Origin: a virus | Reading direction: 5' to 3' (one strand) | Virus record (IMG/VR): IMGVR_UViG_3300035034_001216 | Location: 1-64,000 of that record | Length of the DNA stretch: 64,000 nt | In this document: positions 41,027-51,228 of the stretch, piece by piece | Layout of the letters: every line of letters starts with the position of its first letter | Position numbering within the stretch: position 1 is the stretch's first letter | Translations under genes and position numbers: made by a program | The notes under the pieces: generated by a model | Databases searched by the model: none | What the model saw: the letters and a program-made list of their open reading frames with translations, nothing else | Told to the model about the DNA's origin: nothing

Positions 41027-42907
41027 TTAGTATGTTATTTCACAAGCTCCTCCTGCGCATGCAAGTTCAGCAGCCTGATCTGTGTTATCTTCATCTTCAA
41101 TAATAAGAGTTAGATCAATAGGATGGTTTTTAATATATTCCATCTTAGCATCATACTCTTCTTTTGTACATATTTGAAATGGCGCATCTTTATATGTACC
41201 GTTGTCGTATGGCAATACAGACATACCATTAAAGTTATGCTTGTTATTCCACATCCATTCTCCTACACTATCCCATTCATCTTCTCTCACATTACAAGTA
41301 GCTGACACATTATTAGTATTAGGACCTGTTCTATGACCTTCCTTAACCCAATCTAGGTTAAATTGTTTTACTCGTTCTAAGAATTCTAAAGCTGTTTCAT
41401 TATCCCTAAGTGTTGCTGTATCAGGAGCCATTTGAGGCATACCTATTACCGCATCTTTAGGTTGATAGTCCATAACTTTAATTAACTCAGGATGATTCTC
41501 ACTAAAGAATTTATGAAGATCATCTCCAACTGCACACTGCATATTACGTATATAGAATTTATCATGCCACGCGTGTATACCAGAACTTGTTCCTAATACA
41601 CATGAGGTTGTACCACTAGGTTTAATAGTAGTAGTCCTTGCAGCCTCATTAATTCCTAAACGTTTTGCAGTTTTAGCATTCATACGTTTAACGTAATCAA
41701 CTGCTTGTTTAAGATCTAATCCTTCTAAGTTACTATTAGCAATTCCAGTAATACCAACACCTATAAGACTATCTTTCTCGGTATTTGTTTTCCATACAGA
41801 TCTTAAATAATGAAAGTCAGTTATAGATGCTTGTAATGTACCAAAGAACGCTGCAACTGTAGCTCTAGCATTGAAATCATCTTGATCTTGAATTGTACCC
41901 GCATTAATCTCTGTAAGATTACAGAAAGTATACGGACGTAAACTAATTTCGCAACAAGGATTTGTTCCATAATCAGGATCATTGGTAAAATATATACCCG
42001 GTTCTCCTGACTTAGAATCAACTGTTACTTGCCATAGCTTACCAAAGTCATCAATAGAAGCTCTGTTCCGTAACACAACTGCTGAGTTATTTGCTCTGCC
42101 GAGCTCAGGGAACATTTCCCACCACTTACCATGTTTACACGTAGCCATTTCTGTATCGTCCATACTAAAGAGAGCAATAAGCGCTGCTCTTCTAATTCCA
42201 CCTGCGAGGACAGCATCCGCGATAAGGCAATTAATTCTGTGGACTTCAAATGGAGATAACTTGTGTCCATCCTCTTTTTCATTGAGTAAACTTTCTATTT
42301 TTGTTAAACATATTCTAAGAGGTTCTGGTCCCGGGGCTTTACCACCAGCTGTTACCAGCCTAGCTCCTTTTGATCTAATGTCTGTATAATCAAATCTTGG
42401 TTTGGTCTTAATTACACCAAAATAAGATTTCATTAATTGTTTTACAGCATCTGCCCAACCTTCAATACTATCTCCTATAAGGAATTTAGCTTCTTTTAAA
42501 GGTTTTTGGATTTCTGGCAATTGTTCTATATGTTTATATTGTACTGAATAGCCTACACCAGTACCACCTAACAATAGGAACATGAGTTCTGAAAACCCTT
42601 TGTAATGTTCCATTGGTAAATAAGCACAGTTATAACCTCTACTTTCATTTTTAGTCATAGCAGCTCCAGCGAACTGAAGTGCTCTCATAGACGGTAGTAC
42701 TTTCTTATCGTAAATATGATCCTTCATTGAATCTATCATTACGATGATAGCATTATCATCTTTAAATCTTTCTTTCATCATGCCGATATATCTATCGACA
42801 ATTTCTCTCCATGATTCTCTTCGTTTTAATTCTGGTATATATTTTGCATATTTAGTATATACAGCTACATTCGATAGTAATCTATTACTTTCATTCATAT
42901 TAATCAA
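41027..42907 (-). CDS. nrdJ: Class II (adenosylcobalamin-dependent) ribonucleotide reductase
   Basis: PSMRAL, YNCAY, GTGVGYS, GGIRRAA, TNPCCEI, TIKPSGT, C-terminal ACAGGACE; no beta-subunit gene nearby. Confidence 0.92.
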   Translation of the reverse strand: MINMNESNRLLSNVAVYTKYAKYIPELKRRESWREIVDRYIGMMKERFKDDNAIIVMIDSMKDHIYDKKVLPSMRALQFAGAAMTKNESRGYNCAYLPMEHYKGFSELMFLLLGGTGVGYSVQYKHIEQLPEIQKPLKEAKFLIGDSIEGWADAVKQLMKSYFGVIKTKPRFDYTDIRSKGARLVTAGGKAPGPEPLRICLTKIESLLNEKEDGHKLSPFEVHRINCLIADAVLAGGIRRAALIALFSMDDTEMATCKHGKWWEMFPELGRANNSAVVLRNRASIDDFGKLWQVTVDSKSGEPGIYFTNDPDYGTNPCCEISLRPYTFCNLTEINAGTIQDQDDFNARATVAAFFGTLQASITDFHYLRSVWKTNTEKDSLIGVGITGIANSNLEGLDLKQAVDYVKRMNAKTAKRLGINEAARTTTIKPSGTTSCVLGTSSGIHAWHDKFYIRNMQCAVGDDLHKFFSENHPELIKVMDYQPKDAVIGMPQMAPDTATLRDNETALEFLERVKQFNLDWVKEGHRTGPNTNNVSATCNVREDEWDSVGEWMWNNKHNFNGMSVLPYDNGTYKDAPFQICTKEEYDAKMEYIKNHPIDLTLIIEDEDNTDQAAELACAGGACEITY

Positions 42908-43469
42908 ATATTACAGTTTGTTTATTATTAGGTTTTAAATCTATTTTTTTCTTGTGACATTCTAAACTTAAATCAATAAGATCACCGATCTCTTGATCCC
43001 TATCTATATGTGCACAATTTAACTCTATTTCCCTCTCAATATATAAAGATTCATCTTTGTATAAAACCTTAGATATTTTATGATCTAATGTCTTATTATG
43101 AAACTTTAATATATGTCTTTTATAAGAATCACTCACTAGTGAATACTTACTTGCTTTAATATTATCTAAATCTTTTTTGTAAGGTGTAGATATTTTAAAA
43201 CAATACACAAATACATCATCCTCTTCCGTTTCGTACTTATCTATAAAGTTGTTGGTACTTTCAAGCCATAAATAAAATTGCTTTAAGTAATCAACTTCTT
43301 TGTACTCAATAAATAAATGCTCTTTATGGTCTGGCATATATTCACTTGTAAAATAAGTATTGCGTAAGATTATATCAGATGTATCTTTAGGGTTCTTTTT
43401 AACAAACTGTAAATACGATTCACCTAACATAGGTAGCGCGTATATATAACTTCTATTATATTTCCTCAT
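42900..43469 (-). CDS. Conserved phage hypothetical protein
   Basis: YIYALPML N-terminus and SKYS motif; overlaps both neighbours. Confidence 0.7.
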   Translation of the reverse strand: MRKYNRSYIYALPMLGESYLQFVKKNPKDTSDIILRNTYFTSEYMPDHKEHLFIEYKEVDYLKQFYLWLESTNNFIDKYETEEDDVFVYCFKISTPYKKDLDNIKASKYSLVSDSYKRHILKFHNKTLDHKISKVLYKDESLYIEREIELNCAHIDRDQEIGDLIDLSLECHKKKIDLKPNNKQTVIFD

Positions 43470-44196
43470 TCCTTTTAACAGTATTTAACTGCTCAGGGAT
43501 TTCAAGTTGATTTATTTCAAAATCTTCGTTGGTTCGTAATATGTATAATTGTTTATAATTTTTGTAAAACATTTCTATTCCATTGCTCATTCCAAACTGC
43601 TCAATATACTTAGATAATACCATCTGTTCATTAGTGACGATGGCCCTTCCTTTTATTCGATCAAGTTCTAATTCTTCTATTAATTTACTAGAAGTTTTAT
43701 CACCACAACCGGGAATTCCTTGTATACTGTCAGTACTATCACCCATTAGCATTTGTTTCCAAAAGAAAGTATTGATCTCTTCAATACTCTTCTCTACTAA
43801 TTCGTTCTTATTGTAATTGTAACACCTATCATTGGTGTTGATTACGTCTTTATCCGGACTACATACTATGCTGTCCTCTATTTTATTATTCCAATATGTA
43901 ACTAAATCATCAGCCTCAAGTTCTCTTTGAAATATGGCGTTTAATTGAGTTCTCATATATTCTTGTATATAATAAAATACAGGTTCTTTTCTTTGTTTAG
44001 GTCTGGACTTCTTATATCCTTCTGTCTTATTATGTCTAAATGTTCTTCCTATAGTTAGGAATAAAGCGTATTCATTAGATTCTGTTGCTTCAAGTATATC
44101 ATCTATTCTACCAGTCAAATAAAGGACAGCTTCATCAGGTGTCCTTTTATGAGCAGCAGCATAAATTAAACTGTCAGCATCTATTAACGCTATCAT
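43456..44196 (-). CDS. 5'-3' exonuclease/RNase H (T7 gp6/FEN-like)
   Basis: ALIDADS, LEADD, SPDKD, QMLMGDSTDSIQGIPGCG. Confidence 0.9.
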   Translation of the reverse strand: MIALIDADSLIYAAAHKRTPDEAVLYLTGRIDDILEATESNEYALFLTIGRTFRHNKTEGYKKSRPKQRKEPVFYYIQEYMRTQLNAIFQRELEADDLVTYWNNKIEDSIVCSPDKDVINTNDRCYNYNKNELVEKSIEEINTFFWKQMLMGDSTDSIQGIPGCGDKTSSKLIEELELDRIKGRAIVTNEQMVLSKYIEQFGMSNGIEMFYKNYKQLYILRTNEDFEINQLEIPEQLNTVKRNEEI

Positions 44197-44201
44197 TTTA
44201 T

Positions 44202-44573
44202 TTATTTTTTCATTTGTTTATATGCTTCTTTTAATAACATAAGTTCATAAAAATCTTCTTTTTTCATTGAAACAAACTCATCATCAGTGTAAAACCTAGT
44301 ACCTTTCTTACTAACCTTCTTATGAAAAACTATAATAGGTTTGTCTTGAAAGCGTTCAGGTCTATCATTGTTGATAAGTTCGTCTAGCTTGGGGTATCCT
44401 TTATACACTTTACATTGTATATAATATGGAAAATCCCCAAGCACATCTATTCCCGCATTGTCAGCATTACGAGACTCTGATCTTGCCGTAACAACATCAT
44501 AGTTCATCTTTTTAAGATCATTAACTATATCTCGTTCATACTGATTTCCTGCAGTTCTATTTCTATTTGCCAT
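44202..44573 (-). CDS. PD-(D/E)xK nuclease, Holliday-junction-resolvase-like
   Basis: GNQYER...DNAGIDV...IQCK. Confidence 0.8.
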   Translation of the reverse strand: MANRNRTAGNQYERDIVNDLKKMNYDVVTARSESRNADNAGIDVLGDFPYYIQCKVYKGYPKLDELINNDRPERFQDKPIIVFHKKVSKKGTRFYTDDEFVSMKKEDFYELMLLKEAYKQMKK

Positions 44574-44577
44574 TTAC

Positions 44578-44925
44578 TTAAATTAATTCATCCTCTCCCG
44601 TCCTAAAATATTTAATCATATCAAGTCTATTACCATACTCATCGTAACCGTTAGTAAATCCGTACAAGTCTTCGTCTTGCTTTTTAAGAAACCTCATAAA
44701 ATCAACAGATATAGGAGCTAATGAAGAAGATATATAAGCTCTATATGAACTATCATCTTCTTCTACACCAAACTCATCTTGATATAATTCTATAAAATCA
44801 GTATCTAACGGTATAAAGTTAGTTTTTAATTCTCCTCTAAATTTATTAGGAAGCTTAATAAGTTTCTCATTTATTACAAGAGCACTGGATTCTTCATTAA
44901 ATCCACTTGATTTTTCTTTTGTCAT
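44578..44925 (-). CDS. Hypothetical protein
   Basis: 115-aa ORF in a tightly packed operon. Confidence 0.6.
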   Translation of the reverse strand: MTKEKSSGFNEESSALVINEKLIKLPNKFRGELKTNFIPLDTDFIELYQDEFGVEEDDSSYRAYISSSLAPISVDFMRFLKKQDEDLYGFTNGYDEYGNRLDMIKYFRTGEDELI

Positions 44926-45607
44926 TTTTACTTAGTATTTCGTTAGTTAGTTTAAAGTGGTTGTTTCCTACAAATCCTTTTGCCAATGGGCTAGGATGTG
45001 AAGACTCTAATATGTGGTTATTTTCATCTATAAGTTTTTTATAACCTTTGGCATGATTGCCCCACAATAAATAAACTAAATTAGATTTGTTATAATTAAG
45101 AGTTGAAAATACGAAATTTATGAATGAATTCCAAATTTTTGAGTGGGAATTTGGTTGACCCTCTCTAACAGTGAATGCTGTATTGATTAATAACACCCCT
45201 TGATCAACCCAAGACTTAAGTGTTTTATCAAATTCTTTATCACCCTCAGTTCTTTTTACTTCTTTAATTATATTATGTAAAGAAGGAGCTATTCTAAAAT
45301 CCTTGTTAACGCCAAATGCATAGCCTGTAGCAACACCTTTAGTATAATAAGGATCTTGACCTAGTATAACTACTTTAACGTCTTTAAATGGTACTTTAAA
45401 TGCGTTAAATATTTTATTACTTTCTGGAAATATATTATATCTCTTATTATCTTCTTTGAGATACTCAAAAATTACATCTCCTTCTTCACTACAAAGAAAT
45501 GGTAATAGATATTCATACCAAGATTCATGCATTAAAGGTTTTAATGATTTCATCCGGCCTGAATATTTCTCCATATCTATCGTATCCATGTTCATAAACA
45601 AATTCAT
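44897..45607 (-). CDS. ung: Uracil-DNA glycosylase (family 1); true start probably a downstream Met
   Basis: VVILGQDPY, GYAF, GVLLIN, LLWG, SHPSPL. Confidence 0.95.
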   Translation of the reverse strand: MNLFMNMDTIDMEKYSGRMKSLKPLMHESWYEYLLPFLCSEEGDVIFEYLKEDNKRYNIFPESNKIFNAFKVPFKDVKVVILGQDPYYTKGVATGYAFGVNKDFRIAPSLHNIIKEVKRTEGDKEFDKTLKSWVDQGVLLINTAFTVREGQPNSHSKIWNSFINFVFSTLNYNKSNLVYLLWGNHAKGYKKLIDENNHILESSHPSPLAKGFVGNNHFKLTNEILSKNDKRKIKWI

Positions 45608-46511
45608 TAGTATCTTTTATATTATATTTTAGTGGAATATACCAATATGGTAGTTGATAGAGTTCATTTAATCTTTTAGCTGCAACAATACCCGGCTCAT
45701 CATTATCATATAAAACTATAATATGTTTAAACCTTTTACGAAGCATATCAAATATCTTGAGTTCAGGAAATGTAGTTTCACCGTTAAACGATACGGCTGC
45801 ATATCCCATCTCATAAAGATTCATTACATCCTTATAAGCTTTTGTTATGATCAGATATTCTCCTTCTTCTGGTAATTGTTTCCAGCCTTGTAATATATTC
45901 TTTGGACAGTTACTTCTAAATTTTACTTTCTTATTACCATAAGGTCTATATATCTCCATTATTTCAGGATCTCTTATCAGATATCTGTAAATAGGATCTG
46001 ATGGATGATATGTAAATATCTCTTCAGTTTTAGATATCCAAACTCTATGACAAGATCTAACATCAAAATACTCCAAAGTAGAAATACTAATGCCTCTATC
46101 ACTCCAATACTTAATGTCAAACTTTGTCCAATCCATCGTTTCACATTCAATGCTATTAAATTCTTTTTCAACTTTTACGTGTTTTACTTTATATTTTATT
46201 GGTTTTGCTTTTTGATGAAATCCTTTAGGCTGAAGATTAAGTTGAAAATCTTTATCTATCCTATACAGAATGTCTGGAAAACCCAATTTGGTATTTAACA
46301 TTGCTATTTTAAAACAATCACCGTTGTATTGTTTATAAGCAAAGTCTATAAATAATAATACCCCAGAGTCATAGTGAAAAGAACAGTCGGGATGTCTATC
46401 TTTTCTCATAGCGTTACAAATCTTTTGCTCTAACACTACATCTCCGGGGTAATATTTATCCATGATCTCTTCTTGGGTAATCCTTTCTAAGATCATTTCT
46501 TTTGTTATCAT
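45525..46511 (-). CDS. dnaG: DNA primase (crAss-type Toprim)
   Basis: R.DRHPDCSF N-terminal module, IITKAYKDVM, LYDNDEPG, KD motifs. Confidence 0.85.
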   Translation of the reverse strand: MITKEMILERITQEEIMDKYYPGDVVLEQKICNAMRKDRHPDCSFHYDSGVLLFIDFAYKQYNGDCFKIAMLNTKLGFPDILYRIDKDFQLNLQPKGFHQKAKPIKYKVKHVKVEKEFNSIECETMDWTKFDIKYWSDRGISISTLEYFDVRSCHRVWISKTEEIFTYHPSDPIYRYLIRDPEIMEIYRPYGNKKVKFRSNCPKNILQGWKQLPEEGEYLIITKAYKDVMNLYEMGYAAVSFNGETTFPELKIFDMLRKRFKHIIVLYDNDEPGIVAAKRLNELYQLPYWYIPLKYNIKDTNEFVYEHGYDRYGEIFRPDEIIKTFNA

Positions 46512-46530
46512 TTTATTAATTTTTCTTTCA

Positions 46531-47304
46531 TTATCTTCCTTTTATATCTGGGTATATTTCTTTCATTGAATCACTTTGCCAATATTCTAAAGTATCAACA
46601 TCCATTATTGTAAGTTTACCTCCGAATCCAGCACCAGTATCTACATTAATTACTTCATTTGTAAACATAGGTGTATAAAAGTTCCAATTAATAGTAGGTG
46701 TATGACCTATAAATACTTTATCAAAACGGTTTTTTATTTTAAATGGATATTTATCTTTAGCTAATTGACTTCTAAGATCATTAGATAATGCTTGTAACCA
46801 TAGATCTCTATCCCATATTAATATATCTTTACTCTGACCTGATATATATTCATGTCTATTAAATCCACCATGAACAAAACAGTAATTACGTTTTAAATCT
46901 TCGTAATAGTAATGTTGTTTTTTAAAAAAATCAATATGTGAATCTGGTATATCTGTTTTGGCTAAATTTGTAACTCCTCCAGAATTTACATTACCTTGTA
47001 TTGATATATCTCTATCTGAATATCTAGCATAAGATTGAGCTGTAGCTAAAGCTCCTTGACTCCATTTAAATGGATGTATTCCCATATCTAACCATTCTAT
47101 AAATGTTTCGTCATGATTACCTCTAATGTCTATTCTGTTAGGATATTCTAATAATAATTCTACACATTCATATACAAAAGGCCATCCATCACATATGTCA
47201 CCTATTGTAATTAAAGTATCTTCTTTTGTGATAGGAGATCGCTGAAGCACCTGTTTTAGTGCCTCAGTTCCTCCATGAATATCACCTATTACGTATGTTT
47301 TCAT
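46531..47304 (-). CDS. Ser/Thr protein phosphatase-like metallophosphoesterase
   Basis: GDIHG, GDICD, RGNHD, VHGG, GHTP, VDTGAG. Confidence 0.9.
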   Translation of the reverse strand: MKTYVIGDIHGGTEALKQVLQRSPITKEDTLITIGDICDGWPFVYECVELLLEYPNRIDIRGNHDETFIEWLDMGIHPFKWSQGALATAQSYARYSDRDISIQGNVNSGGVTNLAKTDIPDSHIDFFKKQHYYYEDLKRNYCFVHGGFNRHEYISGQSKDILIWDRDLWLQALSNDLRSQLAKDKYPFKIKNRFDKVFIGHTPTINWNFYTPMFTNEVINVDTGAGFGGKLTIMDVDTLEYWQSDSMKEIYPDIKGR

Positions 47305-47555
47305 TTTGCTTTTTGTACGTTTATATATAATTTATTATAATTCTTCAAAGCTGCTTCTTTTTTCATTTTAAAATAACTTTCAGTTACTTTATTTAGTTCT
47401 ATAAAACTATGGTTTAAGTTTAAAAACTTAGCAGCTTGTTGTTTCGATGGTGCTCTTATGTAACCTATTACAACTCCTTTATCATTAGGACCACCATCAG
47501 TAAATTGTCTTTTTTCAAATATCATCTTCCTTTCTCTTTTTAACTTCATTGTCAT
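47301..47555 (-). CDS. Hypothetical protein (start may be the MIFEK Met)
   Basis: Short ORF with ATGA coupling to the phosphatase gene. Confidence 0.55.
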   Translation of the reverse strand: MTMKLKRERKMIFEKRQFTDGGPNDKGVVIGYIRAPSKQQAAKFLNLNHSFIELNKVTESYFKMKKEAALKNYNKLYINVQKAK

Positions 47556-47640
47556 GTTTCCATGCGTTTCTATACATCATAACATAACCTCCGAACAATA
47601 CAGTAGCTAGTAATATACTATACCATATATGTTGTTTCAT
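47515..47640 (-). CDS. Small single-TM protein (41 aa, not in ORF track)
   Basis: Hand translation MKQHIWYSILLATVLFGGYVMMYRNAWKHDNEVKKRKEDDI*; TAATG-coupled to the upstream gene. Confidence 0.5.
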   Translation of the reverse strand: MKQHIWYSILLATVLFGGYVMMYRNAWKHDNEVKKRKEDDI

Positions 47641-48260
47641 TATTCTAAATTGTTTTTAAACATATTTATTTCTTTTTGTGTAGGATTTTCAAGAAGAATA
47701 TAATATTTTTCATCAATCTCATTTTGATCTAACAAACTTTTAAATTCATAATCAACACGAGCTCCTTCATATTGATAAAAAGAATCTCCCTTTTCATTAA
47801 GTATATACTGATACCTACCTTTAGGAGTACACATTCCTTGCTTTTTAAAATTGGGATTTCCTTTAAAGATTTGCCCTCTTTTAAATTTATGTATTGGTGG
47901 TAATCCCTTTTCAACACGAACTTTACTATAATAATCAATTAAGTTTGCATCATAAATCCACATAAATTCCTTTAAAGGAGTTTTAATAGGTTGTTGAAAA
48001 AATCCATTGTATATAGTTACTACTTTATCTTCTTTAAAATTTACATAGCAATCATAACCACTTACTTTACCTGTTTCTTTATGAAGTACAGTAATATCTT
48101 TTCCCCAATCTTTATAATCAATATCCCGTTTATTAGGAAAAGTATCTTTAAATGAAGATCCATTTTTAAGAATTTCATTCCTTAACCCTTCATTGTGATA
48201 CATTGGGCCTTGTTTGTCAAATAAATTACAAACACATTTTTTCATTTGATTAGTTTTCAT
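47640..48260 (-). CDS. Hypothetical protein
   Basis: 206-aa ORF, coupled to neighbours. Confidence 0.65.
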   Translation of the reverse strand: MKTNQMKKCVCNLFDKQGPMYHNEGLRNEILKNGSSFKDTFPNKRDIDYKDWGKDITVLHKETGKVSGYDCYVNFKEDKVVTIYNGFFQQPIKTPLKEFMWIYDANLIDYYSKVRVEKGLPPIHKFKRGQIFKGNPNFKKQGMCTPKGRYQYILNEKGDSFYQYEGARVDYEFKSLLDQNEIDEKYYILLENPTQKEINMFKNNLE

Positions 48261-48642
48261 TTTTTGATTTTATTAGTTTTAATGATTCAAATAACGCTTT
48301 TTCCAGCGCTTCCTCATATGTTTTTTCCACCACACTTATTTCTTTTTTTTGATACATTTTTAAAGTATCCATATAATATAATTGCCATCCAAAAGATTTA
48401 AAAGCTATTCCATTTTTACAAGTAACTCCTACAACAGCTATTTCAATATGAATTCTATGAGTTTCTCTAATCCATTTTTGAAGTAATGATTGTGTTGATG
48501 CAGAATACAGTTTTCTTTCCTGGTCTCCTATAAAATGTCTTGCCCAGATTTTTCCAGTTTCATTATAGAGTCTGTACCCTATAAAAAATCCTTTTTCTTT
48601 AGCTAATTTAGCTGTTTCAAATGATATTAATTGTTCTTTCAT
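48250..48642 (-). CDS. Bacteroidota-phage conserved hypothetical protein
   Basis: ISFETAKLAKEKGF, TQSLLQKWIRE and TYEEALE pattern common in these phages. Confidence 0.7.
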   Translation of the reverse strand: MKEQLISFETAKLAKEKGFFIGYRLYNETGKIWARHFIGDQERKLYSASTQSLLQKWIRETHRIHIEIAVVGVTCKNGIAFKSFGWQLYYMDTLKMYQKKEISVVEKTYEEALEKALFESLKLIKSKNEN

Positions 48643-48645
48643 ATT

Positions 48646-49731
48646 TTAATTTATAGGTGATAACATTTCTACTGGAATATTAGGATATGATTTGTAATCT
48701 TTTAGTTTAAAATCTGATATTTCAGCTTCATCCAATAAATCATCCAATGAACATGATTCTAAAGAAAAATCTGCTTGTGAAACTATATTTAAAGTAGGTA
48801 ACTCATATTTAAAAGCACTCCTTTTAGTTAACTCTCTGGCAGCATTCCAGCTATTCTCATATAAATGAACATTGCTTAAATCACCAATAAGACGTTTAGG
48901 AAGCATGTTGGTTAGCTTACCTATAATGTGCGCTAAAAGTGCGTAGGATGCTATATTAAAGGGCAAACCAAGGTATGTGTCTACACTACGTTGATGCCAT
49001 TTTAAATCAAATGTATAATAAGGTATATTATTTTCAGTTAAAAATTTAGAAATACTATTTTCTGCATCTGAAACAATACCTTCATTTGTAGTTCCCGGTT
49101 GAAATATTTGAATTCTTTCCAAAGTTGTTAAACGTCTTGGTAATATTTCAAAACTCCAATGACAAGGTGGTAAAGTTGTTTTATGTAATTCTGCTGGATT
49201 CCAAGCTGTTATAACATGTCTTCTGTTAATTGGATAATCAGATTTAAGATTATTAATTAATAATGATATTTGATCTGTATGAACACCTTCATTATTAATT
49301 TCATTTAATTTTCTCCATTGAACACCATAATTTCTACCTACATCTCCATATTTATAATTAATTTTACACTCTTTTCCTGGAAGATCATTTTCTATGATAG
49401 CTATTAAAAATTCTTTAAATTCTAATTGTATCATTTTATTATTAGAATTTTTTAAATACCAGTTATAAGCATCTTTATTCCAAATATTAATATCATTATC
49501 TATTAAATATTTAATGTTTGTATCACCTCTTAGAAACCATAGTAACTCACCAACTACACCTTTCCAGTATAACTTTTTGAGATTAATAGCTGGGAATCCT
49601 TCAGTTAGATCAATGTCTAACGTATGAGATGATATTTGTTTACATTTAACATCTCTTTTTTTATCTGTATACTCATACCCTTCATAGAGTATTTTTTTTA
49701 ATAATAATTTATATTGCTCGTTTACGTTCAT
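48646..49731 (-). CDS. thyA: Thymidylate synthase
   Basis: ELLWFLRG, YGVQWR, LPPCH, HQRSVD..LGLPFNIASY, HLYE. Confidence 0.96.
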   Translation of the reverse strand: MNVNEQYKLLLKKILYEGYEYTDKKRDVKCKQISSHTLDIDLTEGFPAINLKKLYWKGVVGELLWFLRGDTNIKYLIDNDINIWNKDAYNWYLKNSNNKMIQLEFKEFLIAIIENDLPGKECKINYKYGDVGRNYGVQWRKLNEINNEGVHTDQISLLINNLKSDYPINRRHVITAWNPAELHKTTLPPCHWSFEILPRRLTTLERIQIFQPGTTNEGIVSDAENSISKFLTENNIPYYTFDLKWHQRSVDTYLGLPFNIASYALLAHIIGKLTNMLPKRLIGDLSNVHLYENSWNAARELTKRSAFKYELPTLNIVSQADFSLESCSLDDLLDEAEISDFKLKDYKSYPNIPVEMLSPIN

Positions 49732-49757
49732 TTTATTAATTTTTTAGTTTGAGCATA

Positions 49758-49778
49758 GAGGGGGAAACGATCCCCCTC
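49758..49778. other. GC-rich hairpin between the SSB-like gene and thyA
   Basis: GAGGGGGA-AACGA-TCCCCCTC perfect 8-bp stem; no U-tract directly after it on the - strand. Confidence 0.6.
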
Positions 49779-49800
49779 CAAGTTCCAAATATGCTTATAA

Positions 49801-50670
49801 TTAGAATAACTCATTCACTTCTTCTGCACTTTTGTCAGTTGGTTCTGACATATCATCACTCGATGTCGAAACAGGAGCAATAGGACGTACATAAGCTTGT
49901 AATGTAGTGTCATTCTGGAAATCAGCTTTAAATCCGTTATAATCGGAAGTGGCTGACTTTAGAAGATTACCAAATGTTTTTCTAGTACCTCTTTCGAAGT
50001 CATAGGCGTATACTCCTTGGTACTTACCATCTTGTACACCCAACAAAACATTTATTGTTTTATCTTCTTCATTCTTAGCTGCTACAATTTCTTGTAGCTC
50101 AGACATATCACCTGAAAGCATAGCATCGTAATCATTAAATACCAAGTTGGTATCATCATCACGTAGATCTGCATTAATATAGTTAGCAAAAAAGTTAATC
50201 ACTTGATCTTCTCCTTCCTTACATACTCTAATGCTATTCTCTGAGAACCATTTGTTCCCAGCTTTACTTTCATAATTAATAGCTACTTCAGCAGACTCTG
50301 CCCAAGTAGTTTGATTCTTACCATTGATGAACATATTTTTCGTTTCATCCTTGTTAATTCTTTCCTTTTCGGTTAGAAAAATAGCAAGTTTGAAAGGATC
50401 TTTATAGTCCTTCATTGTACTGGTTCCCGAATCAAAATATTTGGTTCCTTCTACAGGCTTCATCCAAATATCTAATCTTACATTAGGGTCACCATTACGG
50501 TTTTGTCCTATGTAAGACGGTTCTTTCATGCTATCAACATCTCTACCAACTATCTCAGCTAGTTCTTCTTTCGAAGGGTTAATACCTACTATAACTGAAT
50601 TACAAACACCTGTTACCAATGTTCGTTCTTGCTGCGTTTGCTCTTTAGCACTTAAAAAGTTATTGCTCAT
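49801..50670 (-). CDS. Putative single-stranded DNA-binding protein (crAss-type)
   Basis: GINPSKEEL, VRLDIW, INGKNQTTW; acidic tail ending in F; lies near the AAA ATPase and DnaB genes. Confidence 0.6.
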   Translation of the reverse strand: MSNNFLSAKEQTQQERTLVTGVCNSVIVGINPSKEELAEIVGRDVDSMKEPSYIGQNRNGDPNVRLDIWMKPVEGTKYFDSGTSTMKDYKDPFKLAIFLTEKERINKDETKNMFINGKNQTTWAESAEVAINYESKAGNKWFSENSIRVCKEGEDQVINFFANYINADLRDDDTNLVFNDYDAMLSGDMSELQEIVAAKNEEDKTINVLLGVQDGKYQGVYAYDFERGTRKTFGNLLKSATSDYNGFKADFQNDTTLQAYVRPIAPVSTSSDDMSEPTDKSAEEVNELF

Positions 50671-50705
50671 ATATATTGTATTATTATTTGTCTATTTATT
50701 ATTAA

Positions 50706-51227
50706 TTAACGAATTGAAACTCTCATTCTACTTCTTTCTCTTGCTCTTCTTCTTTCCGTAATATTCCAATTGTAATTGTCTTTATCCTGAGATAATAAAA
50801 CATCTTCCCCTAATAGAGGTAAAATTTGAAAAATTGAATTACAACAATGTATTTCATTTAACTTATAAACTTTTGGATATTTTTTAATATCATAAGGCAT
50901 AAGTCTCAATCTAATTATATTTTCTACAATTAAATCTTTATTTAAAAGATTACTTCTATGTGAAGTACTCTCTTTCGATCTTCTTATTTCGAATTGTTCG
51001 ATAAGATCATCTTTTAACAAAATGTCAAAAATGAGTTTAGATTCTTCATTACTTTTAAATAATGTATCTGATATTTTTTCTGTGTTCTTAGTACCCGAAT
51101 CTTCTCCTATAAGAGAAAATCCATTTACTTTATCTTCAGTAAAAATTAATGATCTAAACTTCTTCTGATTTTCAACTTCTATATATATGTCTTCATTTTC
51201 TATATCGTAATAAAGATATTTTATCAT
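50706..51227 (-). CDS. Hypothetical protein
   Basis: 173-aa ORF in operon. Confidence 0.6.
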   Translation of the reverse strand: MIKYLYYDIENEDIYIEVENQKKFRSLIFTEDKVNGFSLIGEDSGTKNTEKISDTLFKSNEESKLIFDILLKDDLIEQFEIRRSKESTSHRSNLLNKDLIVENIIRLRLMPYDIKKYPKVYKLNEIHCCNSIFQILPLLGEDVLLSQDKDNYNWNITERRRARERSRMRVSIR

Positions 51228-51228
51228 T

